Positions 34,456-43,118 of a stretch of 64,000 nt of DNA are shown piece by piece; the first letter of the stretch is position 1; each line of letters begins with the position of its first letter. The translations under genes and the position numbers were made by a program. Below the pieces are notes generated by a model that saw nothing but the letters and a program-made list of their open reading frames with translations, made no database searches and had not been told where the DNA came from. Origin of the DNA: Epithemia pelagica (Eukaryota > Protista > Bacillariophyta); NCBI GenBank assembly GCA_946965045.2, contig OX337232.1, forward strand, positions 372,001-436,000, written 5' to 3'.

Positions 34456-36381
34456 ATGGCAGCGGGAAACGACGCTGTGGATGGCAGTGTGGTCGCTCAT
34501 GTTCTACAAGATACGAAGTCTGGCATCAACTTCGTCTATACGCCAGCACGAAAGAAAGTTCGTCTACAACCACGTAGTGATGATTCCATTCAAGGCCAAG
34601 ATGTTGCCTCAGGATCGTCGGACGGGTCCAACCTGGGTGATACCTTTGCGACGGTCAAGATGGAAAAGGCAGCAGCCTCCGTGTCTTTTATTGACGTACC
34701 AGAGGATTTGGGCAATCAACCCACTCCCGCGTTCCGAACGCTTTCTCAGGGAGCTTGGCGCGATTTACTGTCAAATGTGGCAGCACTCAAGACCGCTGTG
34801 GAAGAAGAAAAGTTGATTCGTCGAAGTTTTCGAGGCAAACATGATGAACAGCTCGACTCCGTTCATATGAAGCTTTCAGTTTTGCACGAGCTCTTGGGCG
34901 AGCGTCCAACCTCGTTTGGAACCCTGTCCGCTTTCGGTCTCATTGACCAATTGACTTCGTCAACGCACACTCTGGCTTCTATGTTGGAGGATACCAAGAA
35001 GTCCCCGCCTGGGTCTTTGTCATCTGACGTATTAGCACGGATTTCAACTCTGGAGGGTCATCTTGCAAATTTCAAGACCAACGTGGAAAAAATTGTGATG
35101 GAACAAATCGAACGTTTCATGACAACAGGTGATTTTCGTAGTCGTTTTGTGGAACCCACTATGCGACTCCTCACTGGCTCTTCGTTGACATCTGCGGACC
35201 CGGGTGGAAAATGGGATGGAGAACTGCGAGACTTAAAACGTCGCATTGGTTTGCTCGAGGCGGGAGGAAGTTCAGGTGCAACAGGCACACAAGCAACCAC
35301 ACCGTCGATGTTTGCATGGGGAACAACCTCTTCTTCGTCTCTTGCCCCCTCAACAACTGCTTCCGAAACTCCCGCAACCGGAGGTTCGGTAGTGACCGCT
35401 TTGAAGGAAGAAATTGCGAAGCTAAAGGCAGATGTCAAGGATTTACAAGAACAATCCGAATCCGACGCCATTGTGGTTGGATCAATCGTCTTCTCGTCAC
35501 GCAAGGCTTGCGACACCTGGCTTGCGTTACACACGGCGGTCGGAGATCCACACGTGTTCGTGGATGCAATTTCGCTTCTCTCCCTTGCTACTTCCGATGC
35601 GAGTCTGGACGAGGGGCAGGCCGCAAATCAGAGGGCAACCACAGCCAGGGTAAAGGACAAGACACCGTACCATACCGCGTACATAGCCTCTTTCAATTTG
35701 GAGGTGCCCCCTCTGTTGGGCAAAAGCAGTGACTCGTCCATGACAATCAATTCACGCGCTCTCGCAGGAGTTCCGAAATTCGTCGACTTTCATCCACCAT
35801 CGGGCCGCGAAGGCATCCATCAGAGAGTGCTTGATTACGTCAAGGATGGACGCAAGACTTTGGAGCAGGCCATCGGAGACCTTTTCGCATTCGGATCGGA
35901 ACCATCTAGTGTGGCTCGAGAACTCTTGCTCCTTAGCAAGACGTTCTGGGACGAGCTTTGCCACTGGATGGTCCGTTATCACAGGGAAATCAAGGAGGAA
36001 AGCGACGCGTCGGAACATGAGGTCTGGATCCTCATTTCACACTGCGTCCGCGCAGTGTTTAAAAGCTTGCGAGACGCTCGTGCCCCAGGAAGAGCCTCCA
36101 ACTCACCAGGAGGAATGCTCTGGGGCACTCTCAAAGCCCACGAGACAATGCGAGAATACAGGTCCCATGATTTCAGCGGACACCCAAAGATTGCTCTAAT
36201 TTTACATGAGCACCTCATCCGCTTTTCCACTCCGCGTTCCAAGTTTGACGAACTTCGAGTCTCCTTCGATGAGAAACTGGAAAAGGTTGCCCGCTCTGTT
36301 AATCAGGTAGTCTCTTCAGTCAACAAAAAGGGCTCGGGAGGAGGAAACAAGAGCGGATCAAATGGAGAAGCCAAGAAGTGA
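34456..36381 (+). CDS. Retrotransposon ORF1, gag-like (reading frame open from 34201; first ATG at 34456)
   Basis: Long ORF immediately after A1 with coiled-coil segments (VTALKEEIAKLKADVKDLQE) and a helical C-terminal domain; ends at TGA 36379-36381. Confidence 0.75.
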   Translation: MAAGNDAVDGSVVAHVLQDTKSGINFVYTPARKKVRLQPRSDDSIQGQDVASGSSDGSNLGDTFATVKMEKAAASVSFIDVPEDLGNQPTPAFRTLSQGAWRDLLSNVAALKTAVEEEKLIRRSFRGKHDEQLDSVHMKLSVLHELLGERPTSFGTLSAFGLIDQLTSSTHTLASMLEDTKKSPPGSLSSDVLARISTLEGHLANFKTNVEKIVMEQIERFMTTGDFRSRFVEPTMRLLTGSSLTSADPGGKWDGELRDLKRRIGLLEAGGSSGATGTQATTPSMFAWGTTSSSSLAPSTTASETPATGGSVVTALKEEIAKLKADVKDLQEQSESDAIVVGSIVFSSRKACDTWLALHTAVGDPHVFVDAISLLSLATSDASLDEGQAANQRATTARVKDKTPYHTAYIASFNLEVPPLLGKSSDSSMTINSRALAGVPKFVDFHPPSGREGIHQRVLDYVKDGRKTLEQAIGDLFAFGSEPSSVARELLLLSKTFWDELCHWMVRYHREIKEESDASEHEVWILISHCVRAVFKSLRDARAPGRASNSPGGMLWGTLKAHETMREYRSHDFSGHPKIALILHEHLIRFSTPRSKFDELRVSFDEKLEKVARSVNQVVSSVNKKGSGGGNKSGSNGEAKK

Positions 36382-39300
36382 CAGAATACAGGGAGTCTCA
36401 ACAAAGGAACCAAACGCAAACTATATGAAGATGAAGACCAAGCACAAAGTTCAGTTGAGACGACTTGGCTTACGGTTAGCGATGTTAAGCTAGCGAAGAG
36501 ATGTTGTCCAGACTCGCTTCCTCCAGAAAATGGCGTTCTGGAAAGTAAACAAGCACGCCTGCCTATAGGAACAAGTGGCTATACAGTCGGATTGGTGTGT
36601 AGAGATATCCCCTTTTGGTACTGGACAACATCTCTTTTGGGCCCTGTGATCTGGATAGATAGCTCGGGAGTGGCGCTAAAGGGCGAGGATACCATGCATC
36701 GAGAATGGATGTCTCTTCGGTTGGCGAAACCAAGAGCGAAAAGTTGGGGAAGTAAAAAGAGGAAGAGCGATGAAGTGTCGAAGTGTGGCGAAAATTCATC
36801 AAAGGAGGAAGGTGGCTTAAATTGTTATCCATCGACGAACATTGTGTTTTTCGATGGTATGGCTCCAGGTCCGAGTCACACAGTTTGGTCCACGAAAGAA
36901 TTGCAAGTTGTTGTTTGGTGGAAGAGCCGCCCCTCTGCTGGCCCCCCAACAAGTGAAGAGTGGTCCACCACACGAATGAGAATGGACCATGGAATTTTGG
37001 GAGGTGTCACCACCCGAGTGGATTGGTTGTACATAACCACAAAAACCACATCAACAGGTGTGACGAATTCAGCTTTCGAGAATTGGTGGGATGGTGCAGT
37101 AGACACCGGCTTGAAGTTCACCAGCGTTCGGGGTATAATAGATCATACCCTTCACGGACGCGTTAAAGCATCGGAAGATAACAAGACCTCTCTCATGAAT
37201 CGTAAGTTGGATTGGAAAAGGGACAAGTCCGCCCTGCACGTTCTCCCAAGCGTGTTCTCTCCAACAGGGTTGGTGTGTAGGAGGTTAGGAGTTCGAGAGC
37301 TTTCCCTCGCGCTCGACTTCCCTGCGATTCTAAGTAAACATGCACCAGAGGATGACCTGGAGCGATGGGTGGACCAGGTGGGCCCACCGTTCAAATCAAG
37401 AGTCCAGGTTGTCCACTTGATCCGTCGCTTCCTAACTCAACCTCGTGACTCAATGGGAGATCGAGACCGCCCCAATTTGAAAAAGACATCGTCAAGCAAC
37501 AAGGAAAAGCCTGGAATGAAAGAGTGGGATGAGCCATCCACTCTAGACGACATGGACCCTTCGTTGATTGTCGAATTATCTGATGAAATCAAGGACGAGG
37601 ATCGAAATTTGAAAGCCACGAAAGCAGACGACGCGGAAATCCCGTACCACCTTTGGAATGACAGAATTTTGGCAAAGTTCGGAGTTCAGTCGTTCACGGA
37701 GACTCAACGAAAGATCAAGGCGTTAGCATCAATTCGTAAGGGGGCGTTGATATATTGGAAAAGAAAGGTGGCCAACGATTTTTGGACCTGGTGGAGACTC
37801 CACAAGAAACAATTGGACGGTCAAGAGCAGAAAGCGTCACTCGATGCGGGGTTAAGCGCGATGCAGCATGTCTCTTTATCGTCATGGTGGGATTGGGACT
37901 CAGGCTCCTCACCTTTTTTCTGGAGGATGCCTGATCGAGTCTGGCATGTCGAAATGCGGGACGGCGTTAAACCCATGTGGATTGGTCGACCACCAAGATA
38001 CAGAATACCACAGAGGAACAACCCGGATGAGACAAGCAGAGGATTAGAAAAGAAGAAGATCAGCAAAGTTAGGAGCAGAGGGTACATCGCCCCACATGCT
38101 GGAATTCTATCACTCACCAGCTTTTTCTCCGTTCCAAAGGGCCCTACCGACATACGAATGGTGTATGATGGCACGAAGAGTGGCCTCAACGCGGCCTTGC
38201 ATGCGCCATGGTTCAGCTTAGCTACCGTTGACTCCATGCTTCGATCAGTTGATGTGTCCACGTGGTCGGTCGATAACGACTTTGGAGAAATGTTCCTGAA
38301 TTTCTGGATTCATCCAGAAATTCGGAAATATACAGGAGTGGATTTGACGGCCATGTTTGCAGAGGAGCTGGACAATAAAGCAGGCCAGAAAAGAAAGTGG
38401 GAGGCTTGGGTTCGTTGTGCAATGGGGATAACAGTGTCCCCATATCAGACGACACAGTGCTCCCAACGAGTCAAACGAGTTATCTTTGGATGTCGTTTTG
38501 ACAAGAAAAACATTTTTAGATGGGCAAGGGTGGAAATCAATTTGCCCGGGAGTCGCGAATATGACTCCTCCAAACCGTGGATTTGCAAGGTTCGAGAAGA
38601 CGGACAAATGGCAGTAGACATCCACACCTACGTCGATGATCTTCGGGGGACCGCTCCCAGTCGGGAGGAGGCATGGCTAGCCTCGAGTGCGATGGCGAAA
38701 GGAGCAGCCTTTTTCGGACTTCAAGATGCGGCACGAAAGCGGCGACCTCCAAGTCAAACCCCAGGAGCATGGGCAGGGGCCGTTGTAGAGACAACAGGTG
38801 ATGCCGTGTACAAAACTGTCTCGGCAGAAAGATGGAAAAAGACCAAGGGACTCGTCCAGAGGCTGGTCGAATGGGCAGCGAAAGAGGAGGAGATTGAGCG
38901 AAAGGAATTAGAGCGCATTCGTGGATTTCTGGTTTATGTCTCTCTGACATTTCAGAGCATGGTCCCTTACTTAAAAGGGATCCATTTGACTCTCGAGACT
39001 TGGAGACCAGACCGAAATGAGGAGGGATGGAGACTGCCACCAAAGGAACGAGAAGCGGTGCTGGCAGAGGAATCAAACAAAACCATTGCGTTTGGACCTG
39101 CTCCCTCCAAGGTAAAGAAAGCCAAGAGGTTCAACGACGACGTAGAAGCACTAGCGAACTTGACAGCCGGAGACACGCCACCGCGACTCTTAGCACGCCC
39201 AAGAAAGGGTTCACAAGTTGTGATTATTTTTGGTGATGCATCCGGTGAAGGCTTTGGAACGTCATTGTGGTTGTACGGGAGTGATGAGGTTGACACGGAA

Positions 39301-40158
39301 CATGGCCTCTGGACCCGCGAGTACGGAGCCCGTTCATCAAACTTTAGAGAATTGTACAATTTAATTCTCAGATTGGAGGCCTTGGTGACAAGCGGCCGAT
39401 TGAAGGTGGGGACCGAGGTTTTCTTGTTTACAGACAACTCTACGTCGGAGTCTGCTTTTTATCGGGGAACGTCTTCTTCGAGATTGCTGTTTGAGCTTGT
39501 CCTTCGAGCACGCAAGCTCGAAATGAACGGGAATGTCTTCTTGAGAGTAGTTTGGGTTGCCGGGACCAGAATGATAGACCAAGGCACGGACGGTCTATCA
39601 AGAGGAGATCTGCTGACGGGTGTAATGGCGGGCGATTCCATGTTATTTCACGTCCCACTGCACAAGAGCTCGGAAGAGCGATTCCCAGGCGCGATCGACT
39701 GGCTGATTCAATATACAGGCGGATTACAATGGAAGAAGCTAACGCCCCAACAGTGGTTCGACGAGGCATTCGAACGAGGATGTTTTGTGTGGAACCCGCC
39801 CCCCGCGATAGCAGACGTTGCGTTGGATTTGATGTGCGATTCACATCATATTCGTCCCGATAACTCCCATATCTTCGTTTGTCCTGCGCTTATGTCAAAT
39901 CGTTGGCGGAAGAAGCTCGGAAAAATTGCGGACATCGTCTTTACGATTCCGGTTGATTGTTGTTTGTGGTCAAAAGACCAACATGAACCTCTCATAGTCG
40001 CATTTGTTCACGCTCATCTTTTTCACAGGCCATGGCAAGTCTCAAGAGCGAGACATGTACTGGATGCGGTCCACGACGGTCTGTCAAAAGTGTGGTCATC
40101 CGATTCCCCCATTGACGGGCATTGTCTGCGCCAATTTTGGATGTACACGGGGTACTAG
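36382..40158 (+). CDS. Retrotransposon ORF2, pol: putative degenerate C5-MTase-like region, RT, RNase H, MT-like tail (first ATG at 36694; frame open from 36382)
   Basis: RT motifs VDNDFGEMFLNF and TYVDDLRG; RNase H IFGDASG, SSNFRE, FTDNST, GTDGLSRG; VWNPPP tail. Confidence 0.92.
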   Translation, partial: QNTGSLNKGTKRKLYEDEDQAQSSVETTWLTVSDVKLAKRCCPDSLPPENGVLESKQARLPIGTSGYTVGLVCRDIPFWYWTTSLLGPVIWIDSSGVALKGEDTMHREWMSLRLAKPRAKSWGSKKRKSDEVSKCGENSSKEEGGLNCYPSTNIVFFDGMAPGPSHTVWSTKELQVVVWWKSRPSAGPPTSEEWSTTRMRMDHGILGGVTTRVDWLYITTKTTSTGVTNSAFENWWDGAVDTGLKFTSVRGIIDHTLHGRVKASEDNKTSLMNRKLDWKRDKSALHVLPSVFSPTGLVCRRLGVRELSLALDFPAILSKHAPEDDLERWVDQVGPPFKSRVQVVHLIRRFLTQPRDSMGDRDRPNLKKTSSSNKEKPGMKEWDEPSTLDDMDPSLIVELSDEIKDEDRNLKATKADDAEIPYHLWNDRILAKFGVQSFTETQRKIKALASIRKGALIYWKRKVANDFWTWWRLHKKQLDGQEQKASLDAGLSAMQHVSLSSWWDWDSGSSPFFWRMPDRVWHVEMRDGVKPMWIGRPPRYRIPQRNNPDETSRGLEKKKISKVRSRGYIAPHAGILSLTSFFSVPKGPTDIRMVYDGTKSGLNAALHAPWFSLATVDSMLRSVDVSTWSVDNDFGEMFLNFWIHPEIRKYTGVDLTAMFAEELDNKAGQKRKWEAWVRCAMGITVSPYQTTQCSQRVKRVIFGCRFDKKNIFRWARVEINLPGSREYDSSKPWICKVREDGQMAVDIHTYVDDLRGTAPSREEAWLASSAMAKGAAFFGLQDAARKRRPPSQTPGAWAGAVVETTGDAVYKTVSAERWKKTKGLVQRLVEWAAKEEEIERKELERIRGFLVYVSLTFQSMVPYLKGIHLTLETWRPDRNEEGWRLPPKEREAVLAEESNKTIAFGPAPSKVKKAKRFNDDVEALANLTAGDTPPRLLARPRKGSQVVIIFGDASGEGFGTSLWLYGSDEVDTEHGLWTREYGARSSNFRELYNLILRLEALVTSGRLKVGTEVFLFTDNSTSESAFYRGTSSSRLLFELVLRARKLEMNGNVFLRVVWVAGTRMIDQGTDGLSRGDLLTGVMAGDSMLFHVPLHKSSEERFPGAIDWLIQYTGGLQWKKLTPQQWFDEAFERGCFVWNPPPAIADVALDLMCDSHHIRPDNSHIFVCPALMSNRWRKKLGKIADIVFTIPVDCCLWSKDQHEPLIVAFVHAHLFHRPWQVSRARHVLDAVHDGLSKVWSSDSPIDGHCLRQFWMYTGY

Positions 40159-41572
40159 TCGGAGATGCACAGGAGCTTGGCATGCATCTTGTTACGTCCA
40201 AGATGCAGATGACCGATTCCCAGTACTTGAAGCGGGCGATCTGGACGACGCGTTGATAGATCCAAATGGGCTTGATGAATTTGAAGACGATGCATTGAGG
40301 TTCCAAGAAGCCAGGGAAGGTGACCATTTAATGTGTCCTTTCCAGTGCGACGAATGCATGTTTTACAACATGAAGGGTAGGTTTCAGCGAGAAGGATCGA
40401 AGGAAGATAAATTGTTGTCGGTCTGTGTGCGACGAGCGATCCTGGACGCTTTTTGGGCAAGAGAGCGATCAACGGTCGAGAAAAACTGGCGAGAAATGAG
40501 AAATTTGCAGAAAACCGCAAACTTGATCGGGTTAAGCGAGCCACTGCCGCAGCGAGGGCCTTTTGAGATTGGCGACTCTGTCGGGATGTCGATCGCTTGT
40601 ATACTCCTAATGAAGAGTCTCCAAGATGGTCGAAATTCAAAGCACATTCAATTCGAGACGGCAAGGAAGGTTCGGTCAGTTGTCTCGAACTTTATTCACA
40701 CGCTACCGGGAGGCACTGGTATGTCGACAATGGGCACAGGTGATAGGACGGCACTCATGTTTACGTCCAGCCCGACGAACAGTTTCTGGTTCAAGAGATT
40801 CATGGCGGGTTGCCATCGTCGAATGGGAGACGTTTGGATCCCGGATAGAGCGGTGACCTTGGAGGAAGTATTGTGTGGATTGAGTATTCTCGAAAAGGAA
40901 TGGGCCAATTTTCCACAAGGACAGAGAAAGATGGAGATCGCATTGACTGGGGCACTCGTCGTCATCGGATTTTGCGCTGCCCTGCGAGGGGAGGAAATTC
41001 CACAGGTAGACGTTGGATTGTTGCGAAAGCATTGGGAGGAAGGTGTGAATTGCAGCTCTGTGTCCCACGTTCCTCTAGCACTGGCAGGTCGGTTTAAACA
41101 AACTGACGGAACGTTTCGCTTATATATTCAACCATTGGCAGAAAAGTCAAGCTCGGGCATTGAAATCAGGAGGTGGATTGAGAGAGCAATAAGGGAACTG
41201 CATGTTCGAAAGGTCACTCAAGGACCATTGTTCAGACGGGTGTCAAAAACAGGAAAAATTCAACGAGCGTTGATCGGAGACCTCGACCATCTGTTTCATG
41301 GTCTCTGGAAACGAATCAAACATCAACGCCCGGACATTCTACCAGAAACAGTAAAGGTAGAAGAAGAATTTAGTGCAAGACGTTCCTTTCGTCGAGGAGC
41401 AACCACAACGGCGCAGAATCGAAAGCTGGGTCCCGAGGTTATTGAAATGAACAACCGCTGGCGGAAACATCTCCGCAGTCGAGGAGTCCTACCAGGAATG
41501 TCGATGATGGAAAGGTACACAGACGCGAAGGCTTCGGTCGAGGCGTTGATTCAATTCTCTGAAGGATTGTAA
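40055..41572 (+). CDS. Retrotransposon ORF3, tyrosine recombinase with a Cys/His-rich N-terminus; overlaps the 3' end of ORF2
   Basis: ALRGEE (R), GRFKQ (K), GPLF, RRSFRRGATT (R), NRW, MERYT (Y); ATG at 40055. Confidence 0.9.
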   Translation: MYWMRSTTVCQKCGHPIPPLTGIVCANFGCTRGTSRRCTGAWHASCYVQDADDRFPVLEAGDLDDALIDPNGLDEFEDDALRFQEAREGDHLMCPFQCDECMFYNMKGRFQREGSKEDKLLSVCVRRAILDAFWARERSTVEKNWREMRNLQKTANLIGLSEPLPQRGPFEIGDSVGMSIACILLMKSLQDGRNSKHIQFETARKVRSVVSNFIHTLPGGTGMSTMGTGDRTALMFTSSPTNSFWFKRFMAGCHRRMGDVWIPDRAVTLEEVLCGLSILEKEWANFPQGQRKMEIALTGALVVIGFCAALRGEEIPQVDVGLLRKHWEEGVNCSSVSHVPLALAGRFKQTDGTFRLYIQPLAEKSSSGIEIRRWIERAIRELHVRKVTQGPLFRRVSKTGKIQRALIGDLDHLFHGLWKRIKHQRPDILPETVKVEEEFSARRSFRRGATTTAQNRKLGPEVIEMNNRWRKHLRSRGVLPGMSMMERYTDAKASVEALIQFSEGL

Positions 41573-41655
41573 GAATCATTAAAAGACAAGGAATATGAGA
41601 AGGCAATACAAGCGGCGATGCAAGGAATGGAACGCAAGAGATACTATACCGAGAT

Positions 41656-42054
41656 GGGGAATTGGCTCGACGGTACTCTGCAAAGAGTAAAGTCCAGCTC
41701 GCTTGCTATTGCCAGCTTGCCTGCAGACGCTGCAACGGCTTATCCTGCAGACGATATACAATGGCTTGGCAGCCGGAGTATGTTGGCAAGATACTTGTGA
41801 TGATATTTCAGGGTATCTTGGCTCCTTAATGGGGTCTGTGTTTGGGATGGCTGTGTGGTTGGATGCACACTCGCACGCAATGGACAGAACTCGTGACGGG
41901 ATCCGAGTCCCGCCACATTCTGGAGTGAAACACAATACCCGCCCTCCTTGGGAAAGGATGGGTGGGGGGCTCGCCCCCCCAGAGCACCGGTATATGTAAC
42001 TATAAGATAGTAGATGTTATGTGACAAAGAGCTGATAAGAGAGGAACAAGAACC
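41656..42054 (+). repeat. Split direct repeat B1 (399 bp)
   Basis: Identical by eye to 42324-42722 (ggggaattggctcgac...gaacaagaacc). Confidence 0.95.
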
Positions 42055-42308
42055 GCACCGTACCCATCAGGTCAAGAAGGGACCGACGGACGAACGCAGA
42101 AGAGAAGTTGACGTCATCACAGATACGAGTTCAAGGAATGAGTCATTGGTTGGTTGGGACTGTCGTGTAAAGTACACGTCAGCACAGAGTATGGCATCCC
42201 AACCAACATGTGAATGAGGAAGTATGATCATAAGTTAATGGAAAGAGCTAACAGCGGCAGTGTCAAGGATCTGATCACCCATTGATCCTGTTGGCAGTTC
42301 TCTTTTCG
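42053..42308 (+). repeat. Split direct repeat A2 (256 bp); shares CC with the end of B1
   Basis: Copy of 33857-34112. Confidence 0.95.
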
Positions 42309-42323
42309 CCCACCCGCCCACCC
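42309..42323 (-). other. 15-nt A2/B2 spacer; the minus strand is the canonical G-quadruplex motif GGGTGGGCGGGTGGG
   Basis: Plus strand reads CCCACCCGCCCACCC, exactly filling the gap between A2 and B2. Confidence 0.8.
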
Positions 42324-42722
42324 GGGGAATTGGCTCGACGGTACTCTGCAAAGAGTAAAGTCCAGCTCGCTTGCTATTGCCAGCTTGCCTGCAGACGCTG
42401 CAACGGCTTATCCTGCAGACGATATACAATGGCTTGGCAGCCGGAGTATGTTGGCAAGATACTTGTGATGATATTTCAGGGTATCTTGGCTCCTTAATGG
42501 GGTCTGTGTTTGGGATGGCTGTGTGGTTGGATGCACACTCGCACGCAATGGACAGAACTCGTGACGGGATCCGAGTCCCGCCACATTCTGGAGTGAAACA
42601 CAATACCCGCCCTCCTTGGGAAAGGATGGGTGGGGGGCTCGCCCCCCCAGAGCACCGGTATATGTAACTATAAGATAGTAGATGTTATGTGACAAAGAGC
42701 TGATAAGAGAGGAACAAGAACC
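42324..42722 (+). repeat. Split direct repeat B2 (399 bp), right end of the element
   Basis: Copy of 41656-42054, followed by host sequence ccaaaagattcgc matching 6162 onward. Confidence 0.95.
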
Positions 42723-43118
42723 CCAAAAGATTCGCATGGCAATACTAAAAAATAAGATTTTAGGGTTTTTTGGTTCGAAAAATTGAGGTTGGCGGATTCG
42801 TATCCCAATACGACAATGAGAATCGCAAGGCCACACACACGGCAGAGAGTTTCCATGGATGTTGTGCACGTCACCATTCCAACAACAACTTAGTTTTGGC
42901 ATCGTTTGGTTGTTGCAGTGGTGTGTGACAGTCTCTCCTGCTTTGTTGTTGTCTTTGAAAACAGAAAGCGATAATCAACATTGATTCTCGGCTACCCAAA
43001 CTCTCGGCTTGGGTTCCGCAGTCGGACGACCTTGCTCACACACCGCTACCAACCAATCTATAGAACGGCAGACCGCCCACCAACCGCAAAAGGGGACTGA
43101 CGTTTGCAAGAGAGAGAA

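Larger units (their letters stand above)
33857..42722 (+). mobile_element. Tyrosine-recombinase (DIRS-order, PAT/Ngaro-like) retrotransposon with split direct repeats, 8866 bp, intact
   Basis: A1-gag-pol-YR-B1-A2-spacer-B2 layout; RT YVDD, RNase H and YR motifs; absent from the paralogous site near 6160. Confidence 0.95.

Noticed and set aside
34039-36242. Antisense ORFs within the retrotransposon as extra genes
   Set aside because: Short, overlap gag, and show no motifs
16940-36381. Alternative genetic code suggested by in-frame TAG (16940), TAA (24803) and TGA (36379)
   Set aside because: Three different codons in unrelated contexts; conserved genes in the window end normally at TAA, TAG and TGA
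33857-42722. Repeats A or B as conventional LTRs of a Copia/Gypsy element
   Set aside because: The order is A..B-A-B, there is no TG..CA, PBS or TSD, and a tyrosine recombinase replaces the DDE integrase
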